Shown here: positions 38,101-45,510 of the stretch, in pieces
Layout of the letters: each line of letters begins with the position of its first letter
Numbering within the stretch: position 1 is the first letter of the stretch
Source: Euryarchaeota archaeon UBA171
Lineage (GTDB): Archaea; Thermoplasmatota; Poseidoniia; Poseidoniales; Thalassarchaeaceae
Reading direction: 5' to 3'
Assembly: GCA_002497295.1 (NCBI GenBank)
Contig: DANO01000013.1
Coordinates: 2,672-66,671, forward strand
Length of the DNA stretch: 64,000 nucleotides
Notes under the pieces: model-generated
Databases searched by the model: none
What the model was told of the DNA's origin: nothing
The model's input: only the letters and a program-made list of their open reading frames with translations
Program-made: the position numbers and the translations under genes

Positions 38101-38245
38101 AGGAGAGCACCAGCCCACCCTAGGTCAAACCGGCTGTGTTGAGAAAGAGGATGAGGGGGGGCTTCTCCCTGGATTCTCTTCTTTCTTCGCCCTCATGGCG
38201 CTAGTGGGTGCTGCATCGATGATCACTTCTCGTAAGCAGAACTGA
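35129..38245 (+). CDS. large secreted surface protein: RCC1-like propeller + Cys-rich ephrin-receptor-like repeats + PGF-CTERM anchor
   Basis: Signal peptide MAKSPWTGIFLAILMVLFS (the listed ORF starts at 35060). Seven xCWGxNxxGQxGxG blades span 35333-36610. A Ca-binding-like DLDSDNDGLNSPFD follows, then about 15 repeats of roughly 34 aa, then a C-terminal LPGFSSFFALMALVGAASMITSRKQN. Confidence 0.85.
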   Translation: MAKSPWTGIFLAILMVLFSTHPLLVDSGSQTETEIHSDEIRLGTIANNSPGQVLGHIDTHDSLSIGRQFACAVTENSSVVCWGRTDFGQTGIGVTGTNVYHNMTYVDALNGMGIVEVSAHLDHACALTSQGAVYCWGSNVDGQIGNGQIGGNVLVPTQPLLPQGVVAKSLSQGPSSHTCAISTDGDLYCWGLNSRGQVGNGQLCANWGTTYTNPCSYANTGILVPELINMPTGVTVTSVSVGGEHTCATGSDGGVYCWGSDMNCRVTGGDSVSDDPITGNQGCNYFHHTLSPRKLTMSNTEVTIQDTANLSFVQAVSGWVFSCAMTNSGDGVCWGANTESQQGIGNNSNLDFAVVPTLIQGPSGESMTSMSATTAQACAMYDQTGAYCWGDNWGGNTGDYDGSNAVLCNYSGQENGGGNVNCQDRVAPHQVYTGGNYAAVVMGAANACGLDASNDIHCWGAYAWNNVNQTQHHVLWGTRVPELMQLPGTAKIALDDLDSDNDGLNSPFDLWPEGCPSGWYQDAPNSCDESPPGHYAEESLPWNLVICESGTYQPNGGQTSCIDSTPGYYVPDEGALSKIICPAGSYQPNAGSSTCILADPGYMVNTPGKIDQTACNAGRFSSVGGSTECVRAQPGFYVSGSGSAEEVPCPPGSYAPAQGSISCISTSPGQYTDAPASTQPVSCDPGSYQPDFGQSSCLLAPAGNYVSESMASSYQPCLSGHYQSAEGMTGCATTPPGTYTPGASFTAPVDCPAGTYQPSVGAERCIDAMPGNYVASEGGVEAIECSPGTYQPQSGQSTCLEADAGHYITLRAAKSQMPCPVTTFQPQTGQTACLDVEPGHYADGVGAMAQTPCDAGEYQPSSKSTNCKIVPAGHYSVGMGSIDFIACTPGTYQPTSGMSGCVDADQGNYVGESSQLIQTPCSKGTYQPSTASSECLSADAGYFVESTGATEQTPCEAGSYQPVEGRSNCIYSSINNYVPEAGSAVQTACPSGEHQPTLGQTGCVEKEDEGGLLPGFSSFFALMALVGAASMITSRKQN
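36671..38140 (+). repeat. about 15 tandem, diverged, roughly 102-nt coding repeats (C-x2-G-x-Y-Q-P-x2-G-x3-C-x5-G-x-Y-V module)
   Basis: Examples: CESGTYQPNGGQTSCIDSTPGYYV, CPAGSYQPNAGSSTCILADPGYMV, CPAGTYQPSVGAERCIDAMPGNYV, CTPGTYQPTSGMSGCVDADQGNYV. The periodicity is clear in protein but weak in DNA. Confidence 0.8.
38168..38242 (+). other. PGF-CTERM archaeosortase sorting signal
   Basis: A P-G-F tripeptide, a hydrophobic helix (SSFFALMALVGAASMI) and a short basic tail (TSRKQN) at the extreme C-terminus. Confidence 0.75.
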
Positions 38246-38262
38246 GTCGTTATCATGGTCGG

Positions 38263-38337
38263 TGGTGCGCACGCCGGGACTTGAACCCGGGTAACGAGGT
38301 TGGGAACCTCGTATCATAACCGCTAGATCACGTGCGC
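38263..38337 (-). tRNA. tRNA-Gly (anticodon CCC), CCA encoded
   Basis: The reverse complement is GCGCACG-TG-ATCT-AGCGGTTA-TGAT-A-CGAGG-TTCCCAA-CCTCG-TTAC-CCGGG-TTCAAGT-CCCGG-CGTGCGC-A-CCA. The D stem has one U-U mismatch. Confidence 0.85.
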
Positions 38338-38424
38338 TTGGGATATCCGATTGTACCTGCGGTCATGAATACTGGGGTACGGGGTTCAGCCATGTTGAAG
38401 CACTAGTTAGCATCCGGACGTATC

Positions 38425-38982
38425 ATGGAAGTTTCTAGAGAGTTGGTTCGTACAGTGGTATTCGTACTTGGTCCAATGGTTCTTGCATCATATGTTATTG
38501 GAGTTCGGAGGATGGACGATCCAATGGAATTATGGGGCGGTATTCCTGAATCCTGGAGAAGTCTCAACGTAATGTGCATGTTCATTGCTGCCGCTGGTTT
38601 TCTGATTGCCTGGTGGCAGCTTCTCTTTGGATGGGATGTCGGTGTTGTCGAGTCGACAGGGTGGCCATGGAGCGGAGAAGTTTCAGATGGGGGTCATGGA
38701 CGAATACTCATCGCCTTCCTCCTGATACTGATACCATCGATGCTATGGCTCGAATTGACTCGCATACACATACAGAATGATTCTTCATTCACTCAGTGGA
38801 TCGTTATTGCAAACCTCTGGCTTGTGGTGTCTGGCAACGTACTTTTGATTCTCTTTGGATGGAGTGCATGGAGCGGAGGTGCCAGTGGGACGGATGTACT
38901 CCCTCTGCTTGGGGGCCTTATGCTCGGAATTCAAGTGATAGTGAACGATGGGATTCTCTGGGTCTGGAAATATCCATGGTGA
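38425..38982 (+). CDS. hypothetical integral membrane protein
   Basis: 185 aa, Trp-rich, about 5 TM segments. No family recognised. Confidence 0.5.
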   Translation: MEVSRELVRTVVFVLGPMVLASYVIGVRRMDDPMELWGGIPESWRSLNVMCMFIAAAGFLIAWWQLLFGWDVGVVESTGWPWSGEVSDGGHGRILIAFLLILIPSMLWLELTRIHIQNDSSFTQWIVIANLWLVVSGNVLLILFGWSAWSGGASGTDVLPLLGGLMLGIQVIVNDGILWVWKYPW

Positions 38983-39132
38983 TTCACGGAAAGAGTGGTT
39001 CCCCGCATTCCGGACATGGTAAACCGGGTAAGAACGCGCCCGGCATATGTCCACAATTGAGACAGATCGAAGAAGTGATTTCTCCCATTAGAGGCCCTCT
39101 ACAACCTTTTCCTCACTTCATCATTCATCAAG

Positions 39133-39987
39133 TTGATGCAGACTGAAAATGGTCAGCCTTATGCAGTGCCTATCCAGAGGAATAGCGGGGCACTGGTGAT
39201 GAGAGGGTACCAACGTCTGCCCCTCGTGAAGGGTTTTGGCAAAACACAGAGGATTGACAACTGGTGGAATCAGCCTGCGATAATGGCTGCAGCGCTCGGA
39301 ATGGCGATGCTCTACACGGGACTTAGGGTGATTGTACTGGACGGCAGCATCCACTATGAGAATCATCGAGTTACTTCCCCGATATTCTCTCCAGACGTAT
39401 TACATTTATTCCACATTACTAATCATCCAGGTTGGATGAATTCTGCAATGCTGATTCTATGGATACCGTTTGGATTCAGAGGAACTTGTTACTACATGCG
39501 AAAGGTGTACCACCGGACCTTCTTTCAGAATCCTACAGCATGCATGGTTGCGAAACCTGAGATTAATCATGGAATTGGTTACTCGGGGGAAAGAGGTGTC
39601 TTTATCATCAACAATATTCACCGTTATATGCTATATCTTGCAGTAATCATCCTCTCGATGAAATACTACGATGTGGTTCACACGATGAGGTTCGACGGAT
39701 CCTGGGGATTTTCCATGGGCACCCTGATACTCGCATTCGAATCCTTTCTACTGACTATGTACGTAATCTCATGTCATGCATTCAGACATCTTTTTGGTGG
39801 TTCTCTTGACCAGTGGCGAGGGGGTATTTCCTCCATAGCTGGATGGTTATTCAGATTCTCAAGTCGCCATAATGCAAGCCATAATCTCTGGTTTTGGACG
39901 TCTCTTGCAATGGTTTTCCTGGGAGATATATTCGTTCTTTCAGTTGCTGAAGGTCTGATTAGCGATCCTAGTTTCATAATGAGGTGA
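39133..39987 (+). CDS. sdhC: putative succinate dehydrogenase membrane (cytochrome b) subunit
   Basis: 284-aa polytopic protein directly upstream of sdhA-sdhB, matching the sdhCAB order of type-B enzymes. Conserved-looking His residues lie in TM regions (IHYENH, SCHAFRHLFGG, RHNASH). The call rests mainly on gene context. Confidence 0.5.
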   Translation: MMQTENGQPYAVPIQRNSGALVMRGYQRLPLVKGFGKTQRIDNWWNQPAIMAAALGMAMLYTGLRVIVLDGSIHYENHRVTSPIFSPDVLHLFHITNHPGWMNSAMLILWIPFGFRGTCYYMRKVYHRTFFQNPTACMVAKPEINHGIGYSGERGVFIINNIHRYMLYLAVIILSMKYYDVVHTMRFDGSWGFSMGTLILAFESFLLTMYVISCHAFRHLFGGSLDQWRGGISSIAGWLFRFSSRHNASHNLWFWTSLAMVFLGDIFVLSVAEGLISDPSFIMR

Positions 39988-39991
39988 TTGA

Positions 39992-41821
39992 TTGTACGAT
40001 TACGAGTGTCACGAACATGATGTTGTGGTAATTGGGGCAGGTGGGGCTGGACTCAGGGCTGCTATTGAAGCCAGTTCCATGGGCGTCAGTGTTGCATTGA
40101 TCTGTAAATCGATGTTGGGTAAAGCGCATACTGTGATGGCTGAGGGAGGTGCAGCTGCTGCACTTGCTAACAAGGACTCACGCGATTCATGGAAGACGCA
40201 CTTCCGTGATACGATGAAGGGTGGAAAATACCTCAATGATTGGAGGATGGCGCGTATCCATGCTCAAGAAGCTCCTGATCGGATTAGAGAGCTTGAGACG
40301 TGGGGGGCCGTATTCGATCGGACTCGCGAAGGGCGAATCAATCAGCGAAATTTTGGTGGGCACACATACCCTAGGCTTGCACATATCGGAGATGCTACCG
40401 GACTCGAAATAATTCGTACCCTTCAAGAAAAAGGAGTCCATATGGGAATGGATGTTTTCATGGAATTTACAGTGTGTAGATTATTCACATCTGACGGGCG
40501 GATATCCGGGTGTCTGGCATATGATAGGCAGAGAGGAAGGGCTCATGTCTTCAAGGCGAAAACTATCGTACTTGCCACTGGAGGAATAACTCGATGTTGG
40601 TCAGTATGCTCGGGCTCTTGGGAATATACAGGGGATGGTCATGCATTAGCATATTGGACAGGTGCAGAAATGGGCGACATGGAATTCGTTCAGTTCCACC
40701 CGACAGGCATGATATGGCCGCCAAGCGTTCGTGGCATACTAGTTACCGAGGGAGTAAGGGGAGAGGGGGGCATGCTAAGAAACTCAGAAGGAGATCGTTT
40801 CATGTTCAACTATGTCCCTGAGATGTTCAGGAAGGAGTTTGCAGATACTGAAGAAGAGGCTCTGGCATGGGTTGAAGAAGTAATATCGGACAAACAGGCT
40901 ACGAACAGAAGACCTCCAGAACTTCTGACGCGCGATGTAGTTGCCAAGGCAATTAACAGCGAAAAGGCAGCAGGCCGTGCAAGTGAGCATGGGGGGGCGT
41001 ATCTGAATATATCTTGGCGGCCGGCTGATCAGGTTCGGAAGAAATTGCCTGGGATGTATCATCAATTCAAGGAGCTTGCAGGAGTCGACATAACAAAGCA
41101 GGCGATGGAAGTAGGGCCGACAGCACACTATGTGATGGGGGGCGTTAAGGTGGATCCTGAGTCCCAAGAGTCGACTGTTCCAGGACTGTATGCCGCAGGG
41201 GAGTCTGCAACGGGATTGCATGGCGCTAACAGATTGGGTGGGAACTCCCTTTCCGATCTTGTGACATTTGGGCGGAGAGCAGGACTGTATGCTTCGAAGT
41301 CGGCATCTGCTATGGACGCATGGGGAGAAATAAAAGAAGATGAAATACAAGATGGAATCGATCATATGATGGCTCCATTGAATCGCGAAGGAGGGGAAAA
41401 TCCGGCTTCTATTGTGCATGATCTTAGAGAGATGATGCAAGAAAAAGTAGGGATAATCAGAACTCGGGATCAGTTAGTAGAGGCGTTAGATGATCTTGAA
41501 GCGTTTAGGGTTCGTTCGCAATCCTGTTCACCCGGAGGAGGGGTGATTTACAATCCAGGTTGGCATCAGGCTCTCGAACTAGAGGCAATGATTGATGTAA
41601 GCCAAATGTGTACTCTTGCAGCACTGGAGCGAGAAGAGAGCCGTGGCGGCCATACACGAGATGATTTTCCGATTCCTGACCATGATTCATGGGGCAAAGT
41701 AAACAGCGTAATTACGAAAGATTCGGATGGCAATATGAAAATTGAGCACAGGAGTTATCCGCCGATTCCAGATGAGTTGAAACAATTACTCGATTCTGAT
41801 GACCTGGATGGTGACTCATGA
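39992..41821 (+). CDS. sdhA: succinate dehydrogenase/fumarate reductase flavoprotein subunit
   Basis: 609 aa with a TTG start. VVVIGAGGAGLRAAIEA, the covalent-FAD region AHTVMAEGG, FVQFHPTG, RLGGNSL. Confidence 0.93.
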   Translation: MYDYECHEHDVVVIGAGGAGLRAAIEASSMGVSVALICKSMLGKAHTVMAEGGAAAALANKDSRDSWKTHFRDTMKGGKYLNDWRMARIHAQEAPDRIRELETWGAVFDRTREGRINQRNFGGHTYPRLAHIGDATGLEIIRTLQEKGVHMGMDVFMEFTVCRLFTSDGRISGCLAYDRQRGRAHVFKAKTIVLATGGITRCWSVCSGSWEYTGDGHALAYWTGAEMGDMEFVQFHPTGMIWPPSVRGILVTEGVRGEGGMLRNSEGDRFMFNYVPEMFRKEFADTEEEALAWVEEVISDKQATNRRPPELLTRDVVAKAINSEKAAGRASEHGGAYLNISWRPADQVRKKLPGMYHQFKELAGVDITKQAMEVGPTAHYVMGGVKVDPESQESTVPGLYAAGESATGLHGANRLGGNSLSDLVTFGRRAGLYASKSASAMDAWGEIKEDEIQDGIDHMMAPLNREGGENPASIVHDLREMMQEKVGIIRTRDQLVEALDDLEAFRVRSQSCSPGGGVIYNPGWHQALELEAMIDVSQMCTLAALEREESRGGHTRDDFPIPDHDSWGKVNSVITKDSDGNMKIEHRSYPPIPDELKQLLDSDDLDGDS

Positions 41822-42609
41822 TGAAGAAGCAAGTGACGTTCCGAGTATTCAGAAGCCATACAGGGGAACGACCCTATGCCAGTCATCCGAGAACTGAATC
41901 ATCAGTCGGTAAAATGTCCGATTATGAAGTCGAATATGATGAGGGGATGGTTGTTCTGGACGTCATCCACAGAATACAAGCAGAACATGCTCCTGATTTG
42001 GCATGTCGTTGGAACTGCAAAGCGGGGAAGTGCGGCTCTTGCTCTGCAGAGGTCAATGGTAAATCTCGTCTGATGTGCATGACTAGAATGTCAGACATCA
42101 TGGAAGAGACGCCGGAAAATGAACCGGTTACTGTGCGTCCGATGCAAGGTTTCCCAATAATTCGGGATCTAGTCACTGATGTTAGTTGGGCTTATGAGAT
42201 GAATAAGAAGATGGTTCCTGTAAATGGTCCTGACAAACTTGACTGGGAATTCAATCAGAACGAAGCAGATAGGATTCAGGAGTTCAGACAGTGCATAGAG
42301 TGCATGCTATGCGTGAATACGTGCCACGTTCTCAGAGAACATGAAAAATTTGATGAGTTTGCAGGCCCGAGATTCTTTGTGAGAATGGCAGGGCTAGAGA
42401 TGCACCCCCTTGATACTGAAAGTCGTATTCCTCAGATCAAAGAAGACTTCGGCATAGGCTATTGCAATATCACAAGATGTTGTACTGAAGTATGCCCTGC
42501 GGGAATAAACATAACAGATAATGCGATTATACCCCTCAAAGAAAGAGTCGTGACAGAGTACTATGATCCAATTGCAATGATTGCCAGGAAGATCGGAATC
42601 AAGCGTTAG
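41818..42609 (+). CDS. sdhB: succinate dehydrogenase iron-sulfur subunit
   Basis: 263 aa. 2Fe-2S block CRWNCKAGKCGSCSAEVNG, plus CIECMLCVNTC and CTEVCPAGI cluster motifs. 4-nt overlap with sdhA. Confidence 0.92.
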   Translation: MMKKQVTFRVFRSHTGERPYASHPRTESSVGKMSDYEVEYDEGMVVLDVIHRIQAEHAPDLACRWNCKAGKCGSCSAEVNGKSRLMCMTRMSDIMEETPENEPVTVRPMQGFPIIRDLVTDVSWAYEMNKKMVPVNGPDKLDWEFNQNEADRIQEFRQCIECMLCVNTCHVLREHEKFDEFAGPRFFVRMAGLEMHPLDTESRIPQIKEDFGIGYCNITRCCTEVCPAGINITDNAIIPLKERVVTEYYDPIAMIARKIGIKR

Positions 42610-42649
42610 ACCGACAGAAGGTCTTGATTTGTCGATAATGGGTTGGTAT

Positions 42650-42675
42650 CCCTCGAGAGCAAACGCCCTCGAGGG
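42650..42675. terminator. 8-bp stem hairpin between the convergent sdhB and MC1 genes
   Basis: CCCTCGAG (42650-42657) pairs with CTCGAGGG (42668-42675) across a 10-nt loop. Any function is speculative. Confidence 0.2.
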
Positions 42676-42717
42676 TGTTGCGTGATTCTAGCCTATGATT
42701 GAGGCAGGTTTAGGCAC

Positions 42718-42984
42718 TCAAAGGCGCCTGATACCTGACTTCTTCACATTTGCTTTCTTGATCTTAGCCGGAAGCCATGCAGGGCCAGAAGCTGGCCTGT
42801 CTACCATAGACACTGAGCCGGAGAAACAGTGGACCCTGTTGGTTCCCCTCTCCCTCAGCTCAATGCTGGTATGTCCTCGAGTTGCGGCCTTTAGGGCAGC
42901 TCCTCGGGGTTGCTTCGAAACGAACACGTGGTCCGAATCGCTTCCGTCTTTATTTAGCAGTACGAAGTACTTCTTGTCACTCAT
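42718..42984 (-). CDS. archaeal chromosomal protein MC1
   Basis: 88 aa from the internal ATG at 42984: MSDKKYFVLLNKDGSDSDHVFVSKQPRGAALKAATRG...IELRERGTNRVHCF...PAWLPAKIKKANVKK. This matches the Methanosarcina MC1 blocks KQPRQAALKAANRG / IRLRERGTKKVHVF / PAWMPEKISKPFVKK (from memory). GGAGG lies at 42994-42998 and ATATATA at about 43019-43027 upstream on the coding strand. Confidence 0.88.
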   Translation of the reverse strand: MSDKKYFVLLNKDGSDSDHVFVSKQPRGAALKAATRGHTSIELRERGTNRVHCFSGSVSMVDRPASGPAWLPAKIKKANVKKSGIRRL

Positions 42985-43018
42985 GGTACAATACCTCCGA
43001 CCTACAAGTAGGCTTTTG

Positions 43019-43027
43019 CATATATAT
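43019..43027 (-). promoter_or_regulatory. candidate TATA box for the MC1 gene
   Basis: The coding strand reads GGATATATATGCAAAAG about 40 nt upstream of ATG 42984. Confidence 0.35.
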
Positions 43028-43111
43028 CCGTTTCCCCGATTTCGATTGACTGCGAGGCTGAGAGTGTTAAAATTGGGATTCCGGAGGAGGAAAAAAACGT
43101 CTTTTGGGCTT

Positions 43112-43345
43112 CTAAAATTCAGCGCACGCAAGGGTCTTTGTGGTCGTCACGCCGCTTATCGAGCGTATACTCTCAACCACCATTCTGGCTATATCGCCGA
43201 CTGAATCTGCCTCGACCTTAACAATGAGATCATGGTCGCCAAATAGGACGTTTGCCTCGGATACAAAATCCATTTTTGATGCCACCTTGTGGACCTCTAT
43301 TTCAGATCCCGGTTCAACGTTGATCAGCACGAATCCTGTTGCCAT
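43112..43345 (-). CDS. stand-alone Lrp/AsnC-type ligand-binding (RAM) domain protein
   Basis: 77 aa from M10: MATGFVLINVEPGSEIEVHKVASKMDFVSEANVLFGDHDLIVKVEADS...ISGVTTTKT. Typical RAM-domain pattern with no HTH. Confidence 0.75.
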   Translation of the reverse strand: MATGFVLINVEPGSEIEVHKVASKMDFVSEANVLFGDHDLIVKVEADSVGDIARMVVESIRSISGVTTTKTLACAEF

Positions 43346-43439
43346 GTGGGGTAATGACAGTATCAAAGTCATGAATGCTTCGTAAAATTATCACTTTCAG
43401 TCGATGGGGATATAGGTCGGAGCCGGTTCGGCCGGCTGT

Positions 43440-44081
43440 ATGGCTGACACCATCATCGTGAGAGAATGCCTGCATGGGCAAGTTCGCGTAATGTACGGAG
43501 ATCTCACAAAAGAGGATGGCGACGTGCTAGTAACGCCTGCAAATAATCGCCTCGCAGGCAGAGAAGGCGTCGATGAAATGGTCCATCAAGCCGCTGGTCC
43601 CGAGCTTCGGGAGCATACTCATGGAATCGCAGTTGAGCGGCGGAAGGAGAATCTCCCGCCCTGTGGTGTCGGTGAAGCAGTGGTGACCCCCACATTCTCA
43701 CTTCCGCATGGAAGTCTTGTCCACGTGGTTGGACCTGATTGTCGACGTCCGACACAGGACAGTGATCGAAGAGAGCTTCTGAAAGCAGCCTATGCATCGC
43801 TGTTCGAGAAGATCGAGGGAATAGAGAATCGAGATACGATTGTTCTCCCGCCTCTTAGCATGGACATATTCCAATATCCTCATCGCGAAGGTGCAAGGAT
43901 GACGATGGAGATCGTTCTCGCATGGATGGATTCTGGAGATGATCCTGGAGTTAAGAAAGTCAAAATCATCACTCAAGAGTCGAATTTCATAACGAATATG
44001 AAGACGGTGTACAGAGAATCTGAGGATCGGTTCCCTGGTGTCGATCGTACGAGAGAATATCGGCGTGGCCTGATTGATTAG
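43440..44081 (+). CDS. macro domain protein (ADP-ribose binding/hydrolase)
   Basis: 213 aa. GDLTKEDGDVLVTPANNRLAGREGVDEMVHQAAGPEL and VVHVVGP blocks. Confidence 0.85.
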   Translation: MADTIIVRECLHGQVRVMYGDLTKEDGDVLVTPANNRLAGREGVDEMVHQAAGPELREHTHGIAVERRKENLPPCGVGEAVVTPTFSLPHGSLVHVVGPDCRRPTQDSDRRELLKAAYASLFEKIEGIENRDTIVLPPLSMDIFQYPHREGARMTMEIVLAWMDSGDDPGVKKVKIITQESNFITNMKTVYRESEDRFPGVDRTREYRRGLID

Positions 44082-44857
44082 TTGGCTGCAGCTCGATTGG
44101 AATGTGCCTTTATGGCTTCATGCATAGACATACGGCCAACGGCTACTGCCTTAGCAAGGGATCTTGGAATTGTAAGCCTGCCCTCGGATATTGTGCGAGA
44201 TCTCCTCTGAATCTCCCTTAGTTCTCCATCTGTTGGATCGACTACTAATCGCTGAATGACTCGAGTTCCGATTTTTCTTGCTATTCTTGCAGCCGAAGCT
44301 GAATGATTGTGCCTTGATCCTCTTGATGTTCTTCTCTCATCGACAAATTCGACAATATGGCCTCTTGCCAGACATACGTTGGCAAGTCTTCTTGCAATGG
44401 TTCGTGAGCCATCGCCAACGCGGACAACGTGGGTTTTTGGAGAAATATTCTCAACAATTAACCCTATCTGGTCAGGTGCTTCATCTACTGACTCAAGTTG
44501 AATTGCCCCCAACAATTTACCACAGGATATCCATGCAAGACCGGGCCTAGGGCCGGAATCTACACCAAAGACGAGATGCTTGACGGGCACCATTGGGCCT
44601 AGAATGGCTGAAGATATCGCTGTCTCTAAGTTATCAACAGTACAGGCTACTCCTCGAGAGTCATGCTGTGACTCGACCTCAGAAGGCGTTCCAAACCATA
44701 TTGGCATTGAAGCGGGAACCGGATCTTCTGGAGCGAGTTGTATCGGCCTTATGCCAGATGAGCGAAGTGCATCGATCAACCTGTATGCAAGTTGGTAATC
44801 CCGAGTGCGGATACCTGCACATTCCACGATGAGGGTTGTGACGGAGACGGTGTTCAA
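44078..44857 (-). CDS. hypothetical protein with a possible RNase-H-fold (RuvC/YqgF-like) nuclease core
   Basis: 259 aa. LVFGVDSGPRPGLAW (Asp in the first strand) and VEFVDERRTS resemble YqgF/RuvX blocks (GxDxG...vDErxTS). The assignment is weak. Confidence 0.4.
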   Translation of the reverse strand: MNTVSVTTLIVECAGIRTRDYQLAYRLIDALRSSGIRPIQLAPEDPVPASMPIWFGTPSEVESQHDSRGVACTVDNLETAISSAILGPMVPVKHLVFGVDSGPRPGLAWISCGKLLGAIQLESVDEAPDQIGLIVENISPKTHVVRVGDGSRTIARRLANVCLARGHIVEFVDERRTSRGSRHNHSASAARIARKIGTRVIQRLVVDPTDGELREIQRRSRTISEGRLTIPRSLAKAVAVGRMSMHEAIKAHSNRAAAN

Positions 44858-44964
44858 GCCTTGCTGTGGATAATCCGTCGCAGATGTAAAAATCTGCCAT
44901 TATATGGAATTAACAATCCTCGATGACCGGTGTCGTCATTAGCCCACCCGTTACGATTACCAGT

Positions 44965-45510
44965 ATGAGCGGCCCATATGAGCGGGAATTGCGATCTGTC
45001 TTGGCAGGGGAGAAAAAGGGCATAATTGCGATTACGAGATCGTGTAATGAAGTCGAGAGGGCTCGGGCTATGCAAGCATGTGAGAGGCCATTTCTTGTTG
45101 TCAGGGCACCAGGCAGTGGTTCTGAAGGCACTGGTGATTTACTCGTTCTAAGAGGAGACGTTTGCTTTCCGATAGAGGTCAAGTCATCCAAAGTTAGCAA
45201 AATATACCTGTCAGGCAGAACAATGACGCAATACGAAGCTTTTCAGAAAACTGGTGAGCGTTGTGGCCTTCTGCCACTCTACGCCTTTAGATTGAAAGGC
45301 GTAAGGGGAGATAGTTGGAGAATATTTTCTGTTCCTGTGGGGGGTTTAAGGGGGAAAATGAGGTTGATAGCAAATCGTGTGCCTGAACTTCCCCTGACAC
45401 GGAATGGAGCCCCACATCTTGACTGGGAGAAGGGGATGCCGCTGAATGGATTCATCGCAATGATCTGTCGTTCAGACGGTTCCAGGCCAGCCTTGGACAT
45501 CAATCTTTGA
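44965..45510 (+). CDS. hjc: Holliday junction resolvase Hjc-like, with an extended C-terminus
   Basis: MSGPYERELRSVLAG..., VVRAPGSGSEGTGDLLVLRGDVCFPIEVKSSKVSKIYL fits the Hjc ERE...SG...D...E-x-K nuclease pattern. About 181 aa, against the roughly 130-145 aa I remember as typical. Confidence 0.75.
   Translation: MSGPYERELRSVLAGEKKGIIAITRSCNEVERARAMQACERPFLVVRAPGSGSEGTGDLLVLRGDVCFPIEVKSSKVSKIYLSGRTMTQYEAFQKTGERCGLLPLYAFRLKGVRGDSWRIFSVPVGGLRGKMRLIANRVPELPLTRNGAPHLDWEKGMPLNGFIAMICRSDGSRPALDINL

Noticed and set aside
36671-38140. 102-nt periodicity considered as a DNA-level tandem repeat or CRISPR-like array
   Set aside because: The copies are strongly diverged at the nucleotide level, lie in one long ORF, and conserve Cys, Gly, Tyr and Pro positions. 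This is a protein-domain repeat, not a spacer-repeat array.
40784-41440. 218-aa minus-strand ORF inside sdhA, and similar internal ORFs (4276-4887 in ccmF, 33407-33904 in the aldehyde dehydrogenase gene, 32879-33414 in cdc48, 582-998 in rps2, 55130-55615 in serS)
   Set aside because: All are embedded antisense or out of frame in genes with strong family signatures, and none has motifs of its own.
42695-43204. 169-aa plus-strand ORF
   Set aside because: It is antisense to both the MC1 gene and the RAM-domain gene. It is rich in Leu, Arg and Ser, as shadow ORFs usually are.
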